Below, piece by piece: positions 19,421-29,325 of a DNA stretch of 64,000 bases. Location of the stretch: assembly GCA_965223905.1 (NCBI GenBank), contig CBDCXV010000001.1, positions 256,001-320,000 of the forward strand. Direction: 5' to 3'. The notes under the pieces are model-generated. The model was not told the DNA's origin and ran no database searches. It was given only the letters and a program-made list of their open reading frames with translations. The position numbers and the translations under genes were made by a program. Source of the stretch: Candidatus Latescibacterota bacterium. GTDB taxonomy: Bacteria; Latescibacterota; UBA2968; UBA8231. Every line of letters starts with the position of its first letter. Position 1 is the first letter of the stretch.

Positions 19421-20691
19421 TGCTGCTTCGTGCCGATCTGTGGCGTGTCGCTGCGGGCGCGGTCTCGGTTCTGGCACTGGTCCTGACCGCCGTTGCACAC
19501 GCCCGAATCGGAATAGATCACCACCAGTTTTCCGGACGATCCAGCATCGAAACCCGGTGGTTTCCCGAAAGGGCTGCTCATGCCGGCCAAGGCGGGCATG
19601 CCAGCGGGTTTTTAGCCGCGCCAAAGCTTTACCTCGAGGACGCCGAAGCCCGAAGCCTTACCCTGGCCCCGTTCTTTCGCTACGACAACTCGGACCCACG
19701 CCGCACTCATGCCGATTTGCGCGAAGCCTATCTGCTGCTGTTCGGCGAAATCGGCGACGGCGAATGGGAGCTGCGCGTGGGCGTCGGTCAGGTGTTCTGG
19801 GGCGTCACCGAATCGCAGCACCTGGTCGATATCGTCAACCAGATCGACTTCGTCGAACACCCAAACGGAGAGGCCAAGCTGGGGCAACCCATGGTCCATT
19901 TCACCTGGTCTGGAGCGTGGGGCGTAATGGAAATACTTGGGCTGCCCTATCACCGCGCACGCACCTTTCCAGGCCGGTCTGGCCGCCTGCGCCTTCCGCT
20001 CGTGGTTTCAGCTGAAGATGTCGATTACGAGAGCGAGGCTGAGGACCGGCAAGTGGATCTCGCCGCTCGCTACAGTCACAGCTTCGGACTCCTCGATATG
20101 GGTGTGAGTGCATTCAACGGCACGAGCCGGGAGCCATCTCTGCGTCTTGCCCTGAATCGTAGCGGCACACCAACCCTGGTTCAACATTACGCGCAGATTC
20201 GCCAGTTTGGACTGGACGCCCAGCTGACTGTCGGCTCCTGGTTGTTCAAGCTGGAGGGTATTCAACGCGCCGGTGCAATCAACCTGTCCGGCGAGGAAGA
20301 AGATTACGCTGCTGCCGTTCTTGGCGGGGAATACACCTTCTACTCAGTACTGGGGTCCGCCGCCGATCTCAGCCTGCTCGGGGAATGGAATTACGATGGA
20401 CGCGGCCGCAACGCTACCCCGAGCCGCTCACCCAATACGCTCGAGAACGATCTCTTCTTCGCCTCGCGGCTTGCGTTCAACGATGTTCAGGGTACCGAAA
20501 TTGTGGCCAGTATTCTGGGGGACCTGGACCGAGCTACACGGGCAATGGCCATCGAATCGGACCGGCGTCTATCCGACCGGTTGTCTCTGCATCTGGAGGC
20601 GATCCATCTCCTCAGCATCGACCAGGCAGATCTCCATTTCGAGACAAGACGCGACAGCTTCGCCGACCTTGGGCTGACGTATAATTTCTAG
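19420..20691 (+). CDS. Putative outer-membrane beta-barrel protein
   Basis: Signal peptide, DLREAY, G.GQVFWGVTE, amphipathic strands, C-terminal LGLTYNF; TGATG coupling. Confidence 0.75.
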   Translation: MLLRADLWRVAAGAVSVLALVLTAVAHARIGIDHHQFSGRSSIETRWFPERAAHAGQGGHASGFLAAPKLYLEDAEARSLTLAPFFRYDNSDPRRTHADLREAYLLLFGEIGDGEWELRVGVGQVFWGVTESQHLVDIVNQIDFVEHPNGEAKLGQPMVHFTWSGAWGVMEILGLPYHRARTFPGRSGRLRLPLVVSAEDVDYESEAEDRQVDLAARYSHSFGLLDMGVSAFNGTSREPSLRLALNRSGTPTLVQHYAQIRQFGLDAQLTVGSWLFKLEGIQRAGAINLSGEEEDYAAAVLGGEYTFYSVLGSAADLSLLGEWNYDGRGRNATPSRSPNTLENDLFFASRLAFNDVQGTEIVASILGDLDRATRAMAIESDRRLSDRLSLHLEAIHLLSIDQADLHFETRRDSFADLGLTYNF

Positions 20692-20712
20692 CCGCCCGTA
20701 CTCCGATCCCGA

Positions 20713-21651
20713 CTAGCCGGGGACGGAGGCCTTTTCGAGGCCGACCGGAAGGCTGAAACGCACGTTCTCGACAATACCGTCCATGGTCGAGATTTCCAAG
20801 TCGGCGTACTCCTCCAGCTGCTCGATCAGCTCGTGCACCAGTTCCTCGGGTGTCGAGGCCCCGGCCGAAATGCCGATGCATTCCTTCCCCTGCAGCCATT
20901 CCGGATCGATCTTCGATGGATCCTCGATCAGGTAGCTCGGCACACCGCTGTCGTTGCTGACTTCGCACAAGCGGTTCGAGTTGGAGCTGTTTTGCGCCCC
21001 CACCACCAGCACCAGGTCCACCTCTTCGGCCAGGGATCGCACCGCGGCCTGCCGGTTCTGGGTCGCGTAGCAGATATCCTTTACGTCAGGTCCGACGATA
21101 TCGGGGAACCGCCGCCTCAGGGCTGAGATCACTTCCCGGGTATCGTCGACTGACAGGGTGGTCTGGGTGATGTAGGCGACCTTCTCCGGATCGCGCACCT
21201 CCAGCCCTTCCACTCCTTGCACGTCACTGACCAGAAGCACCGGTCCCGGAATCTGTCCCATGGTGCCCTCCACCTCGGGATGGTCCTCGTGACCGATAAG
21301 GATGATGTCGTACCCTTTGCCAGCGTAGCGGCGGCCCTCTTTATGCACCTTGGAGACCAGGGGGCAGGTGGCATCGAGCGGCCGCAGGCCGCGCACCGAT
21401 GCATCCTCCTCGACCTTCTCCGATACCCCGTGGGCGCTGAACACGGTGATTGCTCCATTGGGTATCTGTTCTATCTGTTCAACGAATCGCACGCCCTTGG
21501 CTTTGAGGTTTTCCACCACTCGCGGATTATGGACGATTTCATGCCGCACATAAATCGGAGGGCCGTACTGTTCCAGTGCCGCTTCGACGATATCGATTGC
21601 GCGCTCGACGCCGGCACAAAATCCTCGCGGTTGAGCTAATATGACTCGCAT
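20713..21651 (-). CDS. ispH: 4-hydroxy-3-methylbut-2-enyl diphosphate reductase
   Basis: [46 protein letters not shown]. Confidence 0.97.
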   Translation of the reverse strand: MRVILAQPRGFCAGVERAIDIVEAALEQYGPPIYVRHEIVHNPRVVENLKAKGVRFVEQIEQIPNGAITVFSAHGVSEKVEEDASVRGLRPLDATCPLVSKVHKEGRRYAGKGYDIILIGHEDHPEVEGTMGQIPGPVLLVSDVQGVEGLEVRDPEKVAYITQTTLSVDDTREVISALRRRFPDIVGPDVKDICYATQNRQAAVRSLAEEVDLVLVVGAQNSSNSNRLCEVSNDSGVPSYLIEDPSKIDPEWLQGKECIGISAGASTPEELVHELIEQLEEYADLEISTMDGIVENVRFSLPVGLEKASVPG

Positions 21652-21662
21652 TTCTCTCTCTT

Positions 21663-22787
21663 TCATCGCTGGCCCGGTACACTCTCCAGACTACTGCCTT
21701 CACGAGTATCCGAATAAGGTAAGGGCTTTCCTACGGCCTGCCTTTTTTCGCCGATGCAAGGCAGGCTTCGTGTCAGCACCTTGAAGAGGAATTTGAGGGC
21801 AAGATTCGAACGCACAACAGTGCTGGTGACAACAGTGACCGCCCAAACGCTCCTCCGTGAAATCTTGACTTCCTGTCCGTCCTTGAACGTAGGGTTCGAG
21901 TGAATCCGGCGCAGGGTAAGCACGGCCATCCCCAAAGCCCAAAGACAATGACGACGGATTCCGGTTTCGTGGTTCGGAATGATCAGTGTGAACCGCAAGG
22001 CGTTCGCGAGGTGCTGGCGTGCGATCGCCAGCAGTTCGAGCAGCCCTTCGATGAAGCCGGGGTCTTCTTGTCCCGCCGGCAGGGTGCTCAGGTCGAAACC
22101 TTCTTCGAGGAATATGTCGCGCGGCAGCCAGCACGCACCCCGGCGCCGGTCGTCCCACACATCCTTGAGGATGTTGGTCATCTGCAGTCCCTGCCCGAAG
22201 GAGACCGAAAGGGCGAGCAGCTCTTCGCGATGTTCGGCAACCTCCGCGGAGTATTCGCAGAACAGTTCGGTGAGCATCTCGCCGACCACGCCGGCGACGT
22301 GATAGCAGTAACGGTCAAGGTGTTGGAGATCATCCAGGCCATCGGGCGTCGCGTTCAGCTGAAACTCGGCCATCCCACGCGACATGTTCGTCACGCAGCG
22401 TTCCAACGCGCTTCGCTGGGCAGGGCGAAAAGCGTGGGTAATGCGAATGACCCGGGCGGTGTTGGCGATCAGGTCCTGTTCGCTTTCGGTAGTCGAAGGG
22501 GACAGCAAGGCGCCGAGCTCGCTCGCGAAAGGCTCCGGTTCTTCCCGGCCTGCAACGACCTCGACGAAGCGTTCGGAGAACGCCTGCTTCTGTACGGGGG
22601 ACAGCACCGGCTCGTCTTCGATAGTGTCCGTGATCCGGCACAGCAGATAGGCATTGCCGACCACGTCGCGCAGCGAGCCGGGAAGCTGTGGAATGGTGAG
22701 GGCAAACGTCCGGGACACCCCTTGCAGGATGTCCGTCTGGTAGACGATATCGCTGTTCCTCATCTCCTTTGAGGGAGACCCCGTCAT
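21663..22787 (-). CDS. Squalene synthase (farnesyl-diphosphate farnesyltransferase type) / phytoene synthase family
   Basis: [42 protein letters not shown]; alternative start 22763. Confidence 0.88.
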   Translation of the reverse strand: MTGSPSKEMRNSDIVYQTDILQGVSRTFALTIPQLPGSLRDVVGNAYLLCRITDTIEDEPVLSPVQKQAFSERFVEVVAGREEPEPFASELGALLSPSTTESEQDLIANTARVIRITHAFRPAQRSALERCVTNMSRGMAEFQLNATPDGLDDLQHLDRYCYHVAGVVGEMLTELFCEYSAEVAEHREELLALSVSFGQGLQMTNILKDVWDDRRRGACWLPRDIFLEEGFDLSTLPAGQEDPGFIEGLLELLAIARQHLANALRFTLIIPNHETGIRRHCLWALGMAVLTLRRIHSNPTFKDGQEVKISRRSVWAVTVVTSTVVRSNLALKFLFKVLTRSLPCIGEKRQAVGKPLPYSDTREGSSLESVPGQR

Positions 22788-22834
22788 TTTGGCACTGGCC
22801 CCGCTTTTCCTGGTGCAGTCCGCGTCAGTGGGAG

Positions 22835-22863
22835 TTTATATGGTCCTGCCTGGAGTCTGTCAA
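22835..22863 (-). promoter_or_regulatory. Near-consensus sigma70 promoter for the squalene synthase-ispH operon
   Basis: Minus strand TTGACA-N17-TATAAA. Confidence 0.7.
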
Positions 22864-22915
22864 GTTGTTCAGGGGCAGCGGCTTCGTGCGGCCCGCGACC
22901 ACTTTTTCGTCCGTG

Positions 22916-24429
22916 TCAGGCCTTTGCCACCGCCGGAATGCCATACCGGTGAAGGGTGCTCTCCAGAGTCGGTTTGCCCAGGCGAATCCGTCGGTCGTTC
23001 AGCAGATAGGAGAACAGGTACCCGGCGCCGAGCATGAAGATCCCGATGAGGAAGCAGTACATGACCGCCCTGTCTGGATACCAGTCTTCCAGGGTCACGA
23101 AGCGGCCATCCTGAACGACGGTGTAGTAAACTGTCTGGAGTCCCTGCCGCCGGGCGGGTCCGAAAGAGACCTGCTCGCCGATCCCGAGATCGAAGTCCCG
23201 CACCGAGAATACCGCACCTTCAAGCCCCGCTCTGTCGGGCCTCTCCCCCCAGGCGCCGCAGGATCTCCGTCATCAGCTTGGCGTCGAGAAACCCCTCCAG
23301 ACTGACGAAGCTCTGAGGAAAGGGGCTGTATGGCTCACGCACAAGCTCCCCGGGGACCTTGGGATCGTGGCGCGCCATCAGCTCGCGATACTCACGTACC
23401 GCCGGAATGGAAGTATCCTCGTAGCTGGGGACCACCTGGGAGTTGATCAGAAAGCGGGTGTAATCCTCGGGATTATCCCGGCCCTCGCTGAGAAGCTGAA
23501 GGAGGTTTTCGCTCCCCACGAAGGAGAGGTTGGCTATCGGAACCCGGAGGCCCAGGTCCACGGCGTCGCGAGGGAAGCCGGCGCAAGCAGCATACGGACC
23601 GATACAGATCACCGCTTCCGGGGAAGCGGCCTGCAGGTATTTCCACCTGCCGCCTCATGCTTCCTGTGAACCTTTGTCCGCGGCGGTAGGTCGCCTCTCC
23701 GGCAATTCGCTCGCCGTGCGCCTTCAGGGCCGCCCGGACTCCGGCCCAGCCGCTGCGGCCATAGGCATCGGCCTGGTAGAACACGGCGATCCGCTTCCTG
23801 CCGACGCCAACGAAGTTGTCGACGACGAGCCCTGCTGTCTCCTGGCGGTAGGACGCACGCAGATTGAAGGCGAAGTCGCCATAGGGGGGCTCTCTCTGCG
23901 GCTGGGCGCCGGTAAAGGGAAAGAACAGGTAGACTTGCTCGTCCTGGAACTTCTTCAAGATGGGCAGCACCCTGGTCACGGTCGGTGTCCCCACATAGCC
24001 GAACAGCAGGAAAACGCGATCCTCCAGCATGAGCTTCATGGTGTTCCGTACGCAGGGGTCCGGTTGGTAACCGTCGTCGTAAAGCTTGAGGACGACCATG
24101 CGGCCGCCTACGCCGCCATTGTCGTTGACATGGTTGAAGTAGGCCCTGGCTCCGCGGTATAGCTCGCTGCCCAACCCCCGGGAAGGACCGGAAAACGCCG
24201 CGGACATGCCCAGGACGATCTCGTCCTCCGGAAGTGCCGCCTCGCGCACCCGGTCCCCATCGGGAAAAGCCTCCCGTTCCACCCGGTCGGATGCGGCGTG
24301 AAACCAGTTCGCCCAGGGCGCCGCCAGCAGTCCGGCAAGGCCGCTTCGAAGCAGCGACCTTCGGGTCAGGATCGGCGCCCGGTCGGCGCGAGCGTTCCCT
24401 TCACCGCTGGCGTGGTCACGAAGTTTCAT
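22916..24429 (-). CDS. Tat-exported ABC substrate-binding protein (LivJ/leucine-binding type), frameshifted at ~23637 and 23245-23250, with a hydrophobic C-terminal extension
   Basis: TRRSLL Tat motif, GMSAAFSGP, DDGYQP, GYVGTPT, FNLRASY; continues SQVVP, SFVSLEGF, DLGIG...GRFVTLEDW across frames. Confidence 0.75.
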
Positions 24430-24483
24430 TCCGTTTCCTCGCTTCCGGGAAACCCGGTATCCTGAAATCCTCCAGGGCCTCGG

Positions 24484-24942
24484 TCAGTGTAGATTCTGAC
24501 GGATGAAATGCACGACTTCGGGAATGTGCTCGGTGGGGTCAACATCGCGCATGATCGCCGCCAGATTGCCGCCCGCGTCAATGACGAACGTCGAGCGCTG
24601 AAAACCCTTCCCGTCTTCGCCGCAAACCCCGTACGCGGCACAGACGGAGCCGTCCGTGTCCGACAGCAGGGGGGCGCTCAAATCATATTTTTGGATAAAG
24701 GCCTTGTGGCTGGTCAGGTCGTCTCGACTGATGCCGACCAGAACCGTTTCGAGGGCGTCGAACTCCGGTTTCGCATCACGGAAACCGATTGCTTCCCGCG
24801 TTCACCCGGGGGTATCGTCTTTGGGATAGAAGAACAGCACGACCTTGCGACCGCGGAGCTTGGTGAGGCTGAGGGTACCGCCGGTGCTGGCGGGCAACTC
24901 GAATTCCGGGGCCGGGTTTCCCGTCCGGACTTCATCCGACAT
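24484..24942 (-). CDS. bcp: Peroxiredoxin Bcp/PrxQ, selenoprotein (UGA=Sec at codon 47, 24802-24804)
   Basis: FYPKDDTPG-UGA-TREAIGFRD continues in frame to RSTFVID...; GGAGG RBS; SECIS-like hairpin; tRNA-Sec in window. Confidence 0.88.
24766..24787 (-). promoter_or_regulatory. Putative bacterial SECIS hairpin
   Basis: CGGUUUC-CGUGAUGC-GAAACCG perfect 7-bp stem starting 14 nt after the in-frame UGA. Confidence 0.65.
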
Positions 24943-25060
24943 TGCTAACCTCCTCTCCGAAGCCGACAATATATGACACCCAACAAAGCCTCCTAATGCG
25001 GCACCCGGGTGCAAACGCAGCCGAAGCCCATGGAGACAAAACTCCTGTGAGCGACAACGA

Positions 25061-25837
25061 ATGAAACTCACTTCCGAGCAGGTTTCCCGTTTCGAAGAAG
25101 ACGGTTTCCTTGTTGTGGAGAATCTGATATCTGACGAAGAGGTGACGGCACTCCGGCAGAGAACCGAGGAGGTCGCCTGTGGGCGCGTCGACTTTCCTCC
25201 CGGCAAGATCGAGTTCGAGCCGGGGTCGGAAGAACGGGGACGCGACATTCGCAACCTGCGCAAGATCAACCACCCCTCTTCCAGCGACGGTTTTTTCCTC
25301 GACCACGCCCGCAAGCCCGCCTTGCTGGAAGCGGTCGCATCCCTGCTGGGACCCGACATCAAGCTGTATGGCGATCAGCTGTTCGTGAAACCGCCGGGCG
25401 GGATCGAGAAGACCTACCATCAGGATTCACCCTACTTCAAAATCGAGCCGATGGCCCTGGTTACCGCCTGGGTTGCCCTCGACGACGTCACCCTCGACAA
25501 CGGCTGCATGTGGGTTGTACCCGGGAGCCAGCTGAACGGGGCGCTCGATCACAGCGAGCCCTGGCAGGTGGGTGACCGCCTCGACATGCGCATCCCGGAC
25601 AGCGCCATTGCCAAAGCCGCAGCCGCAAACGGCGAGCGGCCGATCACCATGAGGGCGGGCGGCTGCTCCTTCCACCACTCCCTCATCCTACATCGCTCCG
25701 GGCCCAACAAGACACCGCATTTCCGCCGCGGCATGGCCACCCACTACATGACCGCCCGGTCGCGGTGGACGGGGGTGCCGGAGGACAAGCCTGACTACCC
25801 GCTGCTGATGGGCAGGGAGTACTCCGGCTGCGTGTGA
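25061..25837 (+). CDS. PhyH family dioxygenase
   Basis: YHQD, WVALDD..DNGCM.VVPGS, HRSGPN....RR. Confidence 0.9.
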   Translation: MKLTSEQVSRFEEDGFLVVENLISDEEVTALRQRTEEVACGRVDFPPGKIEFEPGSEERGRDIRNLRKINHPSSSDGFFLDHARKPALLEAVASLLGPDIKLYGDQLFVKPPGGIEKTYHQDSPYFKIEPMALVTAWVALDDVTLDNGCMWVVPGSQLNGALDHSEPWQVGDRLDMRIPDSAIAKAAAANGERPITMRAGGCSFHHSLILHRSGPNKTPHFRRGMATHYMTARSRWTGVPEDKPDYPLLMGREYSGCV

Positions 25838-25841
25838 TCCG

Positions 25842-26654
25842 GTGCTTGACGAGATGCCGAGCCATCTGAACACCGACCCGGCTCGATTCGGCGAACTTGG
25901 ATACTGCCTGTTTCGCGACGTCCTGACCGCGGAAGAGACCCGGCGCCTGCGCGCCATGCTCGACGAGGCCCTGGGGGATCCGCTGCCGCAACCTCCCGGC
26001 CGCGACGGCGCCATGGACCGGGACAACTACGTGGGCGAGCCCCATGTCCGGGACCTGCGCTGGCTCGACCTCTGCCGTCACCCCCGCGTCCTCGACGCCA
26101 TCGAGTCGATCCTGGGGCCCAACCTCATCCTTGTCTATTCCAGCGTCTTCATCAAGCTGCCCGCCTCCCCGGTGGAAGTGGGTTGGCACCAGGACAACAC
26201 CTTCTGGCCCAGCGTTCACGGCACCGACGTCATCACCTTGTGGCTCGCCGTCGACGACGCCGACGCCGCCAACAGCGCCATGAAGGTAATCCCCGGCTCC
26301 CACCGGGGGTGGATGGAGCTGGAGACGGTGGACTCCGGCGCCAACCAGATGCTGCGCAGGAGCGTGCCGGTCTCGCCGGAACAGGAGGGGTCGGCGGTGA
26401 CGCTCGAGATGAGCGCGGGCAGCTTGTCGATTCACGATTCCTTCCTTCTCCACGGCAGCGATGCCAACCGAAGCCGGCGGCGGCGGGCGGGGTATACGAT
26501 CCGCTACTGCAGCACCGACACTGCCTGGGTCGACCTGGACAACCACCCTCATCCGGTATTCCTGGTGCGGGGTCTGGCCGGCCCCAGGGGAGATCGCTAC
26601 ACCTGCCTGCTTCCCGCGGAAGAGGCGACCTGGGAGCTGCTGCGGAAATCGTGA
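25842..26654 (+). CDS. PhyH family dioxygenase
   Basis: WHQD, WLAVDDA, VIPGSH, HGSDANRS.RRR. Confidence 0.9.
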   Translation: MLDEMPSHLNTDPARFGELGYCLFRDVLTAEETRRLRAMLDEALGDPLPQPPGRDGAMDRDNYVGEPHVRDLRWLDLCRHPRVLDAIESILGPNLILVYSSVFIKLPASPVEVGWHQDNTFWPSVHGTDVITLWLAVDDADAANSAMKVIPGSHRGWMELETVDSGANQMLRRSVPVSPEQEGSAVTLEMSAGSLSIHDSFLLHGSDANRSRRRRAGYTIRYCSTDTAWVDLDNHPHPVFLVRGLAGPRGDRYTCLLPAEEATWELLRKS

Positions 26655-26851
26655 GCGCCGACGCGGCATCCGGATACCGATCACTACGACGAAGAGGCGG
26701 TACCGGGGGTCTTCCCCGCCTGTCGATGCCGGACGTGAACACCCCCCTGCCCGGAGGCATCGGCTACCACGTCCGCGAAGGCACACATGACATCCGGCGA
26801 TACGACTGGGAGCAGCACCTCGACTTCGCCGACAGGCACCTGGAGCACTGA
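26651..26851 (+). pseudogene. C-terminal remnant of a CE15 glucuronoyl/acetylxylan esterase-like gene
   Basis: MPDVNTP.PGGIGYHVREGTHDI..YDWEQHLDFADRH resembles the C-terminus of that family; no N-terminal part present. Confidence 0.6.
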
Positions 26852-26854
26852 CCG

Positions 26855-27568
26855 ATGCTGCTTCCCGCAGTCAAAGCCCTGACCTTCGACGTCTTCGGCA
26901 CTGTCGTCGACTGGCGGACCAGCATCCTTCGCGAAGGGGAACAACTGACCAGGGAAAGGGGGATCGACGTCGACTGGGCGGCGTTCGCCGACGCCTGGAG
27001 GGGCGGGTACGAGCCGGCGATGGACCGGGTACGGCGAGGCCTGCTGCCGTGGACGAAAATCGACGCCCTGCACCGGATGATCCTCGACCGTCTGCTCGGA
27101 GAATTCGGTATCCGGGGATTGTCGGAAGAGGAGGTCGACCACCTCAACCGCGTGTGGCATCGGCTAGCCCCGTGGCCGGACGCGGTCGATGGCCTGCAGC
27201 GACTGCGCTCCCGGTACGTTGTCGCCGCCCTGTCGAACGGCAACGTCGCCCTGCTCATCAACATGGCAAAGCATGCGGGCCTGCCCTGGGACTGCGTTCT
27301 GTCGGCAGAAAATGCGCGTCATTACAAACCCGACCCGGGGGTGTATGAAACCGCCGCCGAGCTGCTGGACCTGCCGCCCCCGCAGATCCTGATGGTCGCC
27401 GCCCACCTTCACGACCTCGAGGGCGCCCGCGCCGTCGGCTACCGCACCGCCTTCGTGCCCCGGCTCCTGGAGTACGGCCCCGACGGAAACCCCGACCGTG
27501 AAGCGGACCAGCCATTCGACGTCACCGCGGCCGACTTTGCCGAGCTGGCACAGCTCCTGGACTGCTGA
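26855..27568 (+). CDS. Haloacid dehalogenase, type II
   Basis: FDVFGTVVDWR, PWPD, LSNGN, YKPDP.VY, MVAAHLHDL. Confidence 0.92.
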   Translation: MLLPAVKALTFDVFGTVVDWRTSILREGEQLTRERGIDVDWAAFADAWRGGYEPAMDRVRRGLLPWTKIDALHRMILDRLLGEFGIRGLSEEEVDHLNRVWHRLAPWPDAVDGLQRLRSRYVVAALSNGNVALLINMAKHAGLPWDCVLSAENARHYKPDPGVYETAAELLDLPPPQILMVAAHLHDLEGARAVGYRTAFVPRLLEYGPDGNPDREADQPFDVTAADFAELAQLLDC

Positions 27569-27581
27569 AACTCGCAATGGA

Positions 27582-28415
27582 GTGAAGATTTCCTTGATAT
27601 CGATCGCCCTCGGTCTCGCCGGTATCTATGCCCTGTACTGCGGCGTCCTGTTCGCCGGACAGCGCGCCATGCTGTTTCCCCGGCACCAGATCTCGGAGCC
27701 GGCCGCGGTGAAGCTAGGCCCCTTCGGCGCCGAAGTGATGCAGGTCGAGACCGGTTTCGGTCAGGTGGAAACCTGGTTCTTCCCGCCGACCACCGGCGGC
27801 GACGGACCCTGGCCGGCGGTCGTCATGGCCCACGGCAACACCGAGCTGATCGACCACTACCCGGCGACCTATCCCGAAAAGTTCATGCGCTTCCTCGATC
27901 TGGGAATGGCGGTGTACCTGGTGGAGTACCCAGGGTACGGCCGCTCGGACGGGTCTCCTTCCGAGGCAACAGTAACCGAGGGATTCGTCGCCGCCTACGA
28001 CAAGCTGATCGCAAGGCCGGACGTCGACGGCGAACGCATCCTCCTCTTCGGCCGCTCCCTCGGAGGGGGAGCGGTCTGTGCGCTGGCGGCGAAACGTCCG
28101 AGCAGGGCGATGATCCTGTTCTCGACGTTCTCGAGCGTCCGCGATATGGCCGGTGAATTCATGATTCCCCGGTTTCTCGTCCTCGACCCGTTCGACAATC
28201 TGGGGGTAGTGCGATCCTATCCCCGCCCGGTTCTCGTCCTCCACGGCACCGAGGACCGCTTGATCCCCTACGAGCAAGGGCGGAAATTAGCCGCCGCGGC
28301 CGCGCAGGGAACGCTGCTTACTTACACCTGCGGCCACGGCGACTGCCCGACCGATTGGGACGACTATTGGAGACAGGTGGCCGAGTTCCTCCGCAAGGCC
28401 GATTTCATGGAGTGA
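27582..28415 (+). CDS. Alpha/beta hydrolase with N-terminal membrane anchor
   Basis: HGN.E, EYPGYG.SDGSPSE, GRSLGG, HGTEDRLIP, GH. Confidence 0.88.
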   Translation: MKISLISIALGLAGIYALYCGVLFAGQRAMLFPRHQISEPAAVKLGPFGAEVMQVETGFGQVETWFFPPTTGGDGPWPAVVMAHGNTELIDHYPATYPEKFMRFLDLGMAVYLVEYPGYGRSDGSPSEATVTEGFVAAYDKLIARPDVDGERILLFGRSLGGGAVCALAAKRPSRAMILFSTFSSVRDMAGEFMIPRFLVLDPFDNLGVVRSYPRPVLVLHGTEDRLIPYEQGRKLAAAAAQGTLLTYTCGHGDCPTDWDDYWRQVAEFLRKADFME

Positions 28416-28432
28416 AAAAGGAGACTTCTCCC

Positions 28433-29290
28433 ATGCGTTTTACCGCCGAGCAGGTTCAGGATTACCATCGCGACGGCTTCACTTTTCTCGAAGGCTTTCT
28501 GTCCCCGCGGGAAGTTCAGGACCTTCTCGACGACGTCGGATCGATCTGCGCCGGCAACACCCTCGCAGACCACGACGAGACGCGCATGGAGATGGAGCCG
28601 AACCAGCCCCCGGACGGCAACAGCGTGCGGCGTCTGTACGAGCCCTGCTCCCACTACCCTGGCTTTCGGGACCTCTCGCAGTCCGAGAAGGTCCTCGACT
28701 GCCTCGAGCAGCTTCTCGGCCCCGACATCCTTTTCCACTACAGCAAGCTCAACATGAAACCGGCCGAAATCGGCTCGGTCGTAGAGTGGCACCAGGACCT
28801 GTCGTACTACCCGCTGACCAACCGCGACTCGCTGGCGATCCTCTTCTACCTCGACGACACCGACGAGGAGAACGGCTTCCTGCGGATGATACCGGGCCGC
28901 CACCGGGACGACCTTCTGCCTCATTCGGGCGACCGGTTCTTCCAGGGCCGCGTCACCGATGCGGTGGACGACTCCGGCGCCGTCGGCGTCGGTGGAAGGG
29001 CGGGAACCGCCATCCTCATGCACTGCATGACCCCGCACGCCTCGGCCACCAACCGCTCCAACCGCCCCCGCCGCACCCTAATCCTCAGTTACCGCGCCGC
29101 CGATGCCTACCCTGTCTACACCGGGGAAATGACCCACAAAACCGAGGCTTCGGTGCGGCTCGTCCGCGGCCAGCCCTTGCCGCTGGCCCGCTTCACGATG
29201 ACCCACTTCCCGATGCCTCTGTACAAAGGGGGAGTGACCGCTTCGCTTTACGAGCTCCAGAACCAGGCCAGGAAAGGTGAGACGGGGTAG
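28433..29290 (+). CDS. PhyH family dioxygenase
   Basis: WHQD, YLDDTDEENG, HASATNRS.RPRR; AAGGAG RBS. Confidence 0.9.
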   Translation: MRFTAEQVQDYHRDGFTFLEGFLSPREVQDLLDDVGSICAGNTLADHDETRMEMEPNQPPDGNSVRRLYEPCSHYPGFRDLSQSEKVLDCLEQLLGPDILFHYSKLNMKPAEIGSVVEWHQDLSYYPLTNRDSLAILFYLDDTDEENGFLRMIPGRHRDDLLPHSGDRFFQGRVTDAVDDSGAVGVGGRAGTAILMHCMTPHASATNRSNRPRRTLILSYRAADAYPVYTGEMTHKTEASVRLVRGQPLPLARFTMTHFPMPLYKGGVTASLYELQNQARKGETG

Positions 29291-29325
29291 GGCTTTCGAA
29301 GGCCCTGCTCCACTCGCGGAACGAG

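Noticed and set aside
24802-24804. Nonsense mutation (pseudogene) in bcp
   Set aside because: The UGA falls exactly on the catalytic Cys codon, with a downstream hairpin and tRNA-Sec in the window; Sec is the better explanation
25061-29290. Fe/2OG halogenases next to a dehalogenase
   Set aside because: All PhyH proteins retain HxD, not the HxG/A of halogenases
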